In this document: positions 44,808 to 54,904 of the stretch, in pieces
Numbering within the stretch: the stretch's first letter is position 1
Layout of the letters: the number at the start of each line of letters is the position of its first letter
Origin: Coraliomargarita sp.
GTDB taxonomy: Bacteria; Verrucomicrobiota; Verrucomicrobiia; Opitutales; Coraliomargaritaceae
NCBI GenBank assembly: GCA_965216325.1
Contig: OZ244160.1
Location: 2,144,001 to 2,208,000 of the forward strand
DNA length: 64,000 bases
Direction: 5' to 3'
Program-made: the position numbers and the translations under genes
The notes under the pieces: model-generated
What the model was told of the DNA's origin: nothing
Databases searched by the model: none
Seen by the model: the letters and a program-made list of their open reading frames with translations, nothing else

Positions 44808-45986
44808 ATGATCGTAAAACCCCGCATTCGAGGATTTGTTTGTATTACCGCTCACCCAACTGGCTGTGAGGCCAAAGTTCGTCAGGAGATCGAAGTTGCG
44901 AAGGCGGCAAAAAAAGAGGGCGGGCCGAAGAAGGTCCTCGTGATCGGTGCGTCGACTGGGTATGGATTGTCGACGCGTATCGCAGCGGCCTTTGGTCATG
45001 ATGCAGCGACTTTTGGTGTGTTTTTCGAGCGCCCTTCGATGAAGGGGAAGCCTGCAAGTGCTGGCTGGTATAACTCTGTCGCATTTGAAAAGGCTGCGCA
45101 TGAGGCGGGCCTCTATGCGAAGAGTATTAATGGTGATGCCTTCTCGAATGAGATCAAGGAGCAGACCATCGCTCAGATTAAGGAAGACCTTGGCCAAGTT
45201 GACTTGGTTGTTTACAGTCTGGCATCGCCACGACGCACAGACCCAACAACCGGTGAGACTTACAAGTCCTGCCTCAAGCCAACAGGGGATACCTTTACGA
45301 ATCGTTCGCTCGACACAGATAAGGCCGAGGTGAATGAAGTGACGATCGAGCCAGCTGCGGGCGATGACATTGCCCATACGATTAAGGTCATGGGTGGTGA
45401 AGACTGGGAGCTCTGGATGAAGGCACTTTCCGAAGCAGGTGTGCTTGCTCCGGGTGCAAAGTCGGTCGCTTATTCTTACATCGGGCCGGAAGTTACTTGG
45501 CCCGTTTACACCAACGGCACCATCGGTGCGGCGAAGAAGGACGTGGAGCGCGCCGCAGCAGCGATCACCGAAGCCTACGATTGCGAGGCCTATGTTTCTG
45601 TGAATAAGGCTGTGGTGACTCAAGCGAGTTCGGCGATTCCAGTCGTGCCACTGTATATCTCCATTTTGTTCAAGCTCATGAAGGCGAAGGGCACACACGA
45701 AGATTGCATCGAGCAATCGGTTCGTTTGCTTAACGAGCGTCTCTATGGTGGCGACCTTCAACTGGATGACGCGGGCCGCATTCGTATCGACGACTGGGAA
45801 ATGCAAGACGACATCCAAGCTGCGGTTGAGGAGATCTGGCCAAAGATCACGACTGAGACCTTGCGTGAGTTATCCGATTTTGACGGTTATCAGGAGAATT
45901 TCCTGAATCTCTTTGGTTTTGGCCTCGAAGGTGTCGATTACGATGCTGAGGTGGAGGTGGATCTTCCGCTTCCGAGCGAAGCTTAG
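44808..45986 (+). CDS. fabV: Enoyl-ACP / trans-2-enoyl-CoA reductase FabV
   Basis: KPR.RGF.C…HP.GC, VIGASTGYG, YSLASPRR, VMGGEDW, Y..GTIG.AK, HEDCIEQ. Confidence 0.95.
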   Translation: MIVKPRIRGFVCITAHPTGCEAKVRQEIEVAKAAKKEGGPKKVLVIGASTGYGLSTRIAAAFGHDAATFGVFFERPSMKGKPASAGWYNSVAFEKAAHEAGLYAKSINGDAFSNEIKEQTIAQIKEDLGQVDLVVYSLASPRRTDPTTGETYKSCLKPTGDTFTNRSLDTDKAEVNEVTIEPAAGDDIAHTIKVMGGEDWELWMKALSEAGVLAPGAKSVAYSYIGPEVTWPVYTNGTIGAAKKDVERAAAAITEAYDCEAYVSVNKAVVTQASSAIPVVPLYISILFKLMKAKGTHEDCIEQSVRLLNERLYGGDLQLDDAGRIRIDDWEMQDDIQAAVEEIWPKITTETLRELSDFDGYQENFLNLFGFGLEGVDYDAEVEVDLPLPSEA

Positions 45987-45991
45987 AATAT

Positions 45992-46061
45992 TGGAGGGCA
46001 ATGCTCCGTCATTGCCGCGATTAGTTTGACTCTCATGGCAACGGCGGAGCGTTGCCCTCCA
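45992..46061. repeat. Inverted REP-like pair (GGAG type)
   Basis: tggagggcaatgctccgtcattgcc … ggcaacggcggagcgttgccctcca. Confidence 0.7.
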
Positions 46062-46070
46062 TTGCTTCCC

Positions 46071-46754
46071 ATGTCTCGAAAAATCCTTCCTCTTTTTCTT
46101 GTTCTTTACGCACTTTTCTTTGCCGCTTGCGGCTCCAATGAAGAGGCGCACACGGCTGTACAGCCTGAAGCTCCGGCACCTGTACTTGGAGAGGCTGTGT
46201 CGACTCCTCGATCTGCGGCGGAGGTGCCTGCTGGCGTGGAGCAAGTGGTGGATGTGCGTGTCGTGTTGCACACTTCAAAGGGGCCTATTGAGGGGACTTT
46301 ATATGCGACCAAAGTTCCGGTTACGGCAGCCAACTTTCTGAACCTCGCTCAGCGCGGATACTATGATGGCCTGACGTTTCACCGTGTGATCAAGGATTTC
46401 ATGATTCAAGGTGGTGATCCGAATGGTACGGGCACCGGTGGCCCCGGGTATCAGTTTGAGGACGAGATCCGTCGCACGCTTCGCCACAATGGTCCGGGTG
46501 TTTTCTCGATGGCGAATTCCGGTCCGGGCACAAACGGTAGTCAGTTCTTCATCACGCATGTGGCGACACCTTGGTTGGATAACCGCCACACCGTTTTCGG
46601 TAAAGTGACCAAGGGGCAGCGTGTGGTGAATGCCATTCGTCAGGGCGACACGATCGAGCGTATTGAGATTTTGGATGCAACAGATGCGCTGTTTGAAGCG
46701 CAAGCGAGTCGTATTGGTGCGTGGAATGCGCGTTTGGCGCAGTTGGGCTATTAA
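46071..46754 (+). CDS. Cyclophilin-type peptidyl-prolyl isomerase, lipoprotein
   Basis: Lipobox [41 protein letters not shown]. Confidence 0.93.
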   Translation: MSRKILPLFLVLYALFFAACGSNEEAHTAVQPEAPAPVLGEAVSTPRSAAEVPAGVEQVVDVRVVLHTSKGPIEGTLYATKVPVTAANFLNLAQRGYYDGLTFHRVIKDFMIQGGDPNGTGTGGPGYQFEDEIRRTLRHNGPGVFSMANSGPGTNGSQFFITHVATPWLDNRHTVFGKVTKGQRVVNAIRQGDTIERIEILDATDALFEAQASRIGAWNARLAQLGY

Positions 46755-46823
46755 AATAGAGTTGCCCGTGTCAGCCGAGCGGCTTTGATTCGAATAAACC
46801 GAACCTGCCGCACCATTGCCTGA

Positions 46824-48323
<1,500 letters not shown>

Positions 48324-48385
48324 TCCTTTATGTAAGACGTTGCCAGCAGGGCGTTCGCCTGTCTAAAACAGTTACTCTTACTACC

Positions 48386-49906
48386 ATGTCGAACGAACCC
48401 ATTCCTACCATCGATCTCGATGAACTGCTTGCACTTTCGCCTGATGCAGTGGTGGCGCACGACATGGAGTCGCGGGTGCTGTTCTGGAATCAAGCTGCCG
48501 AAAAATTGTATGGCTGGGCTGCGGATGAAATTCGTGGGCGCCCGGTTGAGCGTGTTTTCTATCTTGATAGTGCGGCTCATGAAGAGGCAATGCAGCAGCT
48601 CCGTGATCAAGGCTCATGGGACGGTGATCTCCGTCAAATTGACCGTGAGGGGGATGAGCACCTTGTGCGCTCTCGACAGAAGATGGTGCGCGATGCCGAC
48701 GGTAAGCCACGCTACGTGCTTACTTTCAATACGGATGTTACCGAGTTGAAAAAGCAGGAGGATGCTGAAGAGCGTGCCCACCATGTGCGTTCCTCCAGTA
48801 TCCTTGCGGGTGGTATTGCGCATGAACTGAATAATGCGCTCGCGCCGATTATGCTCTCGTCGGCGATGCTCAAGCGCTCAATCGAAGACCCGAAGTCGCA
48901 AAACATGGTTGAGATGATCGAGAAATGTGCGAACAAGGGAGCTGAGCTGATTTCGGACTTGCTCGCCTTTGAGCTCGGGCGTGGGGGTGGGGCGGATGTG
49001 ATTCGTCGCACACAGGTTGAGCGTGCAATTAAGCGAGCTTGTGATGAGCTACTGACGGATGCCATTACGCTCAAACTCGAGGTGGTGGAAGATCTTTGGG
49101 AGTGTCGTGGCGAGCCGACCGAATTGGCTAAGGTGTATCGTGCGGTGATTGAAAATGCGTGCGAGGCGATGCCGGACGGTGGCGTGCTGCAGATTCAGGT
49201 TGGCAATCGACTGTTCGACGAAAATTTCGAAAATTTAGCGCCTGAAGCAAAGGCGGGCGCCTACGTCTCGTTCGTCTTTACCGATACCGGTTTTGGTATT
49301 GAGAACAGTATTCTCAATCGTGTGGCAGAGCCATTCTTCACGACGAAAGAGCCCAAGCAAGGGCATGGCTTTGGGCTTTCGAGTACTCAGGCTATCGTAA
49401 AGGGGCACAAGGGCTTTATGGTTTTCGAGAGTGAGCATGGGCAGGGCACGACATTGAGTATTTTCATCCCTGCTGATATTTCTGTGGAAAAGGTGAAGGG
49501 CTCGTCTCCGCCGTTTCCAGTGACTAAAGAAGGTAATGGTAAATTGGTCTTGGTCGCTGATGACGAGTTCTTCATTCGAGAGACGATCAAGAAGACATTG
49601 GAGGAGCGTGGATACGATGTGATCACAGCTCAGGACGGCACCGAAGCGCTGGCAATTTTTGCGAGTCGCATCGGCGAGATTGATTTGGTGGTTACCAACG
49701 TGGAGATGCCGTTCATGGATGGCCCTGCGCTTTGTCGCGCGCTCAAGAAGCTCAAGCCTAATGCCCGTGTGCTCGTTTCCAGTGGTCACAAGCAGCAGGA
49801 AAAGGTGCAGGAAATTAAATCATCCGGTGTGCGGCATTTCTTGGCGAAGCCATATACGGCCGATAACCTGGCAGATCGTGTGCACGCGATATTGTCGGAG
49901 GATTAG
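48386..49906 (+). CDS. PAS-domain hybrid sensor histidine kinase / response regulator
   Basis: PAS (WNQAAEKLYGW), H-box GIAHELNN, DTG.G, PFFTTK, G.GLS; C-terminal REC with Asn at the usual phospho-Asp position (VVTNVEMP). Confidence 0.9.
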   Translation: MSNEPIPTIDLDELLALSPDAVVAHDMESRVLFWNQAAEKLYGWAADEIRGRPVERVFYLDSAAHEEAMQQLRDQGSWDGDLRQIDREGDEHLVRSRQKMVRDADGKPRYVLTFNTDVTELKKQEDAEERAHHVRSSSILAGGIAHELNNALAPIMLSSAMLKRSIEDPKSQNMVEMIEKCANKGAELISDLLAFELGRGGGADVIRRTQVERAIKRACDELLTDAITLKLEVVEDLWECRGEPTELAKVYRAVIENACEAMPDGGVLQIQVGNRLFDENFENLAPEAKAGAYVSFVFTDTGFGIENSILNRVAEPFFTTKEPKQGHGFGLSSTQAIVKGHKGFMVFESEHGQGTTLSIFIPADISVEKVKGSSPPFPVTKEGNGKLVLVADDEFFIRETIKKTLEERGYDVITAQDGTEALAIFASRIGEIDLVVTNVEMPFMDGPALCRALKKLKPNARVLVSSGHKQQEKVQEIKSSGVRHFLAKPYTADNLADRVHAILSED

Positions 49907-49931
49907 ATGGAAGCTGTTCGGCGCTGATTGG

Positions 49932-50186
49932 ATGGGTTGGCACGTCTACATGATCCGCTGTGCGGATCGCACATTGTATACGGGAATCGCGAAGGATGTG
50001 CAGCGCCGCTTGCGGGAGCATCGGGCCGCGGGGCCTAAGTCGGCTAAATACTTACGTGGGCGCGGGCCGTTGGAGTTGGTCTATCAGCGATCGGTCAGCA
50101 CGCATTCGGATGCGCTCAGAGAGGAGCGTCGAATCAAACGGCTAACGAAGGCACAAAAAGAGCGCCTCCTGTTGGAAGGCGCTTAA
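49932..50186 (+). CDS. GIY-YIG nuclease (YhbQ/UPF0213)
   Basis: W.VYMIRCAD.TLYTGIA.D..RRL.EH…AKY.RGRGP, A..EE..IK.L.K..K. Confidence 0.9.
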   Translation: MGWHVYMIRCADRTLYTGIAKDVQRRLREHRAAGPKSAKYLRGRGPLELVYQRSVSTHSDALREERRIKRLTKAQKERLLLEGA

Positions 50187-50192
50187 TTGAAT

Positions 50193-50221
50193 AATGGTGG
50201 AGGTGGCGGGAGTCGAACCTT
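50193..50221 (-). mobile_element. att site (copy 1): 3' end of tmRNA (ssrA)
   Basis: Minus strand AAGGTTCGACTCCCGCCACCTCCACCATT gives a T-arm, acceptor strand and CCA with the Ala-type U70. An identical copy is at 54256-54284. Confidence 0.8.
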
Positions 50222-50390
50222 CGATCTGCGTGCTATAAGGCGTTTGTTGGTAGTGGTTTGAGTTTTTGAAGAGGCCTCGTGGTCACCTATAGGGACACCT
50301 GATTTTGGCGCGGTTGGGCACTTCTTGTCGTGGATTTGTTAGTTTTCTGAGGTGCTGACATTGTGACTTTTTATCAAATACTTCGCTGAT

Positions 50391-51239
50391 CTATTGTGCA
50401 GACTCTCCCAGAAGTGCATTAGAGATATCGACCATGTCCTGTCGTATCATGGTTCGACGGACTTGGATCTCTTTGCTCTCTGCTCGGGAAGGTTCGCCCA
50501 GCACGAAGTGTGCGGCACGCATCGCTACGGCGGAATTGTCGTCCTTGAAGTCATTGCGCAATGTATCCAGCGCATCTGGGCATGCGGGATTCTTCAGACG
50601 AATTTCTTCGGCAAATGCTGCAATCGCTGCCTCTGGCCCTTGGTCGTAGTGCTTAACCGTGTAAAGAATGTCAAAGGCGTCTTTGGGCTGCTGGCGGTAT
50701 TTGAAGGCGCGTAGCTTTAGCGCCAAATAGGGGCCCACTTCACAGACTCTGGCGGTGAGGCTTTGATTCGCCCCGTATAGGTCGGTCCCTTTCAAAGAAA
50801 TACTGCGCGCTGTTTCAAGGGCACGTTTGACTCCAGGCATCACGTTGGCCTTCACGTCGTCGACCATACGTGCGCCTTGTGTTGCTGTGCCATCTTCGAC
50901 AAGAAAGTCGATATACATGGTAAAGCCGCTGATTTCTTTCATGTAGCGTGCTTCGTTGTGTGCAGTTGCTTTAAAGCCTTGCCCTTGTAATTCGGAGGAG
51001 AGTGTTCCGTATTGGCCTGCGGATGCGCCGAGTGCGATCCCGAGGTCAACGTCGAGTGTAGCCGGGCGTGGAAGTTCGCCATCTCCTTCTGGGTGTTGGC
51101 AGATGCATATTGGCACCAAGCCGCCCAGAAGCACCAAATCATCGTGGTATCGGCGAAGAGTTGGCCAAATCGTTAAGAATGCAGGGAGCGATTGTGATGT
51201 CGCACGTGGATCGTATGCGCTGTAAGTGTCGTATTTCAT
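50391..51239 (-). CDS. AbiEii/MenT-like nucleotidyltransferase toxin (type IV TA)
   Basis: VLLGGLVP, T.DVDL (GG + DxD), LALKL.AF..R..PKDAFD; ATGA overlap with the upstream gene. Confidence 0.75.
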   Translation of the reverse strand: MKYDTYSAYDPRATSQSLPAFLTIWPTLRRYHDDLVLLGGLVPICICQHPEGDGELPRPATLDVDLGIALGASAGQYGTLSSELQGQGFKATAHNEARYMKEISGFTMYIDFLVEDGTATQGARMVDDVKANVMPGVKRALETARSISLKGTDLYGANQSLTARVCEVGPYLALKLRAFKYRQQPKDAFDILYTVKHYDQGPEAAIAAFAEEIRLKNPACPDALDTLRNDFKDDNSAVAMRAAHFVLGEPSRAESKEIQVRRTMIRQDMVDISNALLGESAQ

Positions 51240-52294
51240 GAACGGCAAAACCCTTCCCATTCTCGAAGCGCTTGGGCTGCGTCGGGGCCTCTGAGCCCTG
51301 TGTTTTGTAGATCGATGTAAATTTGAGCGTCCGATGCTAAGTTTAAATTTTCCGTGGGATGTTTTTCTAGAAATACACCCTCATCTTTAGGGACATGGAG
51401 CCAGACCTTGCCGCCTTCTTCGACTGGGCGTAGCCCTAATGACTTAAGTTCTTCAGAACTTGGTAATCTTTGCACATAAGCTGAGCATACTGCTGGTTCC
51501 GTGTAGGGGTGCCGTTCAAAGGCGGCAATCCATTGTGTGAAAGCAAGCGGCACATTCTCACTCTCAGACCATTCCTGCAGTGTGTCGGCGACCTTGGATA
51601 AATTGCCAATGGGCCCAGCGTAGTAATTAGTGCTACAGCGTTCTTGGAATTTATCCTCGGTGCTCCACGCATCAAGCAAACCATCGAAATCACTGATGCG
51701 ATATTCTCGTGCGCTTAGTTTCTCTAAATAGGACTGTGTGACTAGGTGCTGGACGAGTCGTGATACCATGCCTGAGCTGGCATGTGTGCGTTTAAGTAGT
51801 TCTGCCTGTGTCCAAACTTGATCCCTGTTGGTTAGGAGTGAACGCACGATCCGGCCACTTTTTCCGGTGAAAATGTTGCGTGGCTCTAGATGATGACTGA
51901 ACGTCCTCCCTGGGAGTGCGTGTCTGTCTACGAGTAATTCCTTGGCTCTGAGCCATGCCCGTCCATTTAGGTCGATACAGGAGAGTTGCTTCGCTTTACA
52001 AAACTGTAGGACTCGTTTGGTGAGGTTCGGGGCAACTAGCAGTGTTGCTATGGCATGCTGTCTTGTCGCTATGCGTTCTAATTCTGGGATGCTCGGCTTC
52101 AGTTTGAACTCCACTTGGTATTCAAGCCTTCTGCCATCTAGGAGCAATTGCACGCAACCATCGTCATGATCGTTCGCGTCTTGAAAATAGGTCCATTTGA
52201 GGTCTGGATCGGCGATGAGTAGCTCGCGAAAATGGTAAAGAAGCTCTTGTTCACTTCGAATATTTGAGTTCTTACTGGATTTTGCAATTTTCAA
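51236..52294 (-). CDS. AbiEi-family antitoxin (type IV TA)
   Basis: IDLNGRAWL, wHTH (RIVR.LL…WTQ.EL…S.G.VS…L), LLDAW, D.GVF, SDAQIYIDL…RG.DAA. TTG start is uncertain. Confidence 0.78.
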   Translation of the reverse strand: MKIAKSSKNSNIRSEQELLYHFRELLIADPDLKWTYFQDANDHDDGCVQLLLDGRRLEYQVEFKLKPSIPELERIATRQHAIATLLVAPNLTKRVLQFCKAKQLSCIDLNGRAWLRAKELLVDRHALPGRTFSHHLEPRNIFTGKSGRIVRSLLTNRDQVWTQAELLKRTHASSGMVSRLVQHLVTQSYLEKLSAREYRISDFDGLLDAWSTEDKFQERCSTNYYAGPIGNLSKVADTLQEWSESENVPLAFTQWIAAFERHPYTEPAVCSAYVQRLPSSEELKSLGLRPVEEGGKVWLHVPKDEGVFLEKHPTENLNLASDAQIYIDLQNTGLRGPDAAQALREWEGFCRS

Positions 52295-52427
52295 TATGCT
52301 GTGAATGTTGCTGATCTTAGTAAGAGGGTCAATCGCTTTATCGATACTTCAGTAGTCTCAGGATGGAATCCATCGAGGGGATGCGGATCGGGTGGCTTAC
52401 GAAGAACTTGCAGACTTGGGACAAGCT

Positions 52428-52928
52428 CTATGTAATAGAAGGCCAGCTGTTTTTGGGTATATTTCCAAATTCTAGACGTGAACCGTGCTCGGAAAAGCAA
52501 TTTGAATGGTCAAAGATGTCTTTTGCTGCGGATTCTACTTTATCAGGTGATTTACTTCTGACTCTGCCTGGGAATCCAAGGTAATTTTCAATATTTTTCA
52601 TTCTGAGAGTGTCGAGGTATTCTAGTCTTCCAAAATGCAAATCAAACAGTTCTAGAAGTATTTTCTTGGGGCACCGTGTGTCAGAAACAAGTATAAGCAA
52701 GCTTTCGATCTCAAGTCGATGTATCAATTGTGCGAGATTTAGAGATAGCAGGCCTCGTAGAGTTAGTGGTAAGATGATGGCATCGTAGTCTTCGTTGAGG
52801 ACTTTTTCAAACACCTCAAAATCACTCATTTGATTGACGTCGAAGTAATCTGCACTGATTCCCTCCGCTCTACTTAGCTTTCGGTGAGATATTCTGAAAG
52901 TTGCGTCGCCTAATAATAAAATATTCAT
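52428..52928 (-). CDS. Hypothetical protein with a degenerate receiver (REC)-like fold
   Basis: MNILLLGD…DYDAIILPLTLRGLLSLNLAQLIHRL…LILVS follows the REC pattern but has Pro where the phospho-Asp is expected. The ORF is open back to 53045. Confidence 0.45.
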   Translation of the reverse strand: MNILLLGDATFRISHRKLSRAEGISADYFDVNQMSDFEVFEKVLNEDYDAIILPLTLRGLLSLNLAQLIHRLEIESLLILVSDTRCPKKILLELFDLHFGRLEYLDTLRMKNIENYLGFPGRVRSKSPDKVESAAKDIFDHSNCFSEHGSRLEFGNIPKNSWPSIT

Positions 52929-53181
52929 TTTAGATATCCACGGAATATCTTCGGTTGTGGCTTCAGCCTGTAAGCGTGGAGCACGATTCATGTCCACAAG
53001 GCCGATCGTCGTTTTTCCCTCTGATAGTTCAGTCAAGTAAAGCAAGCTGCTGGCTTCGAGTGCTTTGATTCGCTCCCAAGGAACTGCAATTTGTAGATTC
53101 CCCGATCTGTGCGATGCTGAGTTGCGAATCGTTACTTTTCGAAGCGTTTCGTCCTTTAGTAAATAGCTGATGTTCCCCTTA

Positions 53182-54189
53182 TTATTTACACTGAAGCTTG
53201 GGTGGCGCCGGGTAATCGTCCAGGGGATACTTCTTGAGCCACTGGATCAGATTGGGCTGCATCTTGATCGTGCGCTTCTCGTTCACCTTCGAGGCCTCGG
53301 GCTCGATCAGGATGACTTCGGTATCAAAGCGGAAATCCTTCGCCTTCAGCTTTTTGATTTCGCCATCCTTCCAGTCTGGGCGGATGCCAGCGAACAAGGT
53401 CAACGCGTAGTAGGGGACCATGCAGCCGGGCTTGCCCCAATAGCTGCCGTCCTTATTTTGTGGGCCTTGGTAAGTTTCGAGCCACTTCATGAAGTCGGCG
53501 GTCTCCTGGGCGCTGAGCGTGTCGGCGGTGCCGCGCGCTTGCTTCACTCGGAACTTGGGCACCTCGAGGATGATGTCTGACGCCACATACTTCTTGGAAA
53601 GGCAGAATTTGAAAAAGGTGCTTATGTAGCCGCGTCGATTGTTCCAGGTCTTTAGCGAAGGCACCGCCTTGGAACGGCCGAGCGGAGCGTCCAGATACTC
53701 CCGAATTTCATCTGGACGGATCTCTCCCACGATGCGGTCGGCGAAGTAGCCCTTGAGCTTCTTCATTTCGATGCCGATCGCGCGAACCTGTCGGCTGGAG
53801 ATCAGACCGCGCTCAAAGTCCTTTGTGCGGTCCTCGGTATATTCGTCGACAGCCGCCTCGACGGTCATGGTCTCGGCAGCTTCCTTGTAGTGCTCGAGGA
53901 AATATTTGACCGCGAAGGTGAGTGACTTCGTCGATTTCGAATTTTTCAGGAGACCGGTCGCCGCGATTGCGTCACGGTTCTGATCATGGGTGAGGGTGGT
54001 CCAGACGGTCTGACCTTCGGACTCGCCATTGAGGTGCTCGATTTCGAGCTTCTGACGATACGTAACCGCATCCGCGCGCGTCTTGAAATTTTTGCGGATG
54101 GACTCGCCATCCAGTGTCCCCGAAACGCGAAAAACCTTCGCGCCCGAGGGGTTGGAAAATGGGGTGATTTTAAATCGGTGTTTGGACAT
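53182..54189 (-). pseudogene. Tyrosine recombinase/integrase, C-terminally truncated
   Basis: Arm-binding N-terminus (FRVSG.L.G…RKNFKTR..A), SAM-like domain, LFAGIRP (catalytic Arg) and ASK, but no H-x-x-R or catalytic Tyr. Starts about 67 bp from an att repeat. Confidence 0.8.
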
Positions 54190-54255
54190 GGCTTTTAATT
54201 ATTTGCAGATTCAAATCTGCAAATTTAGGCCATGCCCGCATAAACACTAGGCTAA

Positions 54256-54284
54256 AATGGTGGAGGTGGCGGGAGTCGAACCTT
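54256..54284 (-). mobile_element. att site (copy 2): 3' end of tmRNA; junction between two tandem islands
   Basis: aatggtggaggtggcgggagtcgaacctt is identical to 50193-50221; no full tRNA or tmRNA body is adjacent. Confidence 0.8.
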
Positions 54285-54559
54285 GCTCTTGTTTGAGTTA
54301 AGTTGCAGTTGATCAGTTGGTTGTGGTCCTTGTGTGAGCGTGTGGACACCTATATGGACACTCGATTCTGGCGGTGATTGTCGCTGGCTGACGTCTATTG
54401 GTTAGGGGGCGTATCGGGAAATTCCCTTTGAACGAGTTGAATGGTCTTGTGGCTTAACCAGCTTCGCCAGTAAAGGCCTGTCAAGGTGTGTGGCAGCGGC
54501 GCAACTCCTTGAGTTGTTCCTTCAGAATATAGACCTGAGCTAAGGGCTGATTGGTAACG

Positions 54560-54780
54560 ATGAGTTCTTTTAGGCGAGGGCTAATGTTAGGCGGTGTCTG
54601 TATCTCGCCGCTTCACAGCACAATGAAGTTATCAGGGAATACACTTATGGCATTATCAATGGGGGGCAAGCCCTTCAAGTGGGCGATTGTGGCGGCAATG
54701 AGAAAACTGCTCCTTCACTCTCACTACTTAATCAAAAAAAAAAAAAGAGTATGAAGCACTTGCGTGAGACACAGTTGCTT
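54560..54780 (+). pseudogene. Degraded IS110-family transposase 3' remnant
   Basis: Across frames: RANVRRCLYLAA…HNEVI…GKPFKWAIVAAMRKLLLH, matching the IS110 C-terminus; frameshifted. Confidence 0.6.
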
Positions 54781-54904
54781 TTTTTGGGGGGCGGGAGTTA
54801 CGAATCCAGTTTATGGCTATTGTGTCAATGAATCGGATTATAAGTTTTTTTCATTGTCGTCAGAAGCGTTTGCCCATGTAACGGTTTGATGCTGTAGGCA
54901 TGCG

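Larger units (their letters stand above)
50193..54284 (-). mobile_element. ~4.1-kb decayed integrative element bounded by 29-bp direct repeats
   Basis: att repeats at both ends, a tyrosine integrase next to one att, and TA cargo. Confidence 0.8.

Noticed and set aside
44688..45818. 376-aa minus-strand ORF
   Set aside because: Antisense shadow of fabV.
50193..50221. Possible tRNA gene here or at 54256-54284
   Set aside because: Only the T-arm/acceptor 3' part is present, with no D-arm, anticodon arm or 5' strand; treated as att fragments.
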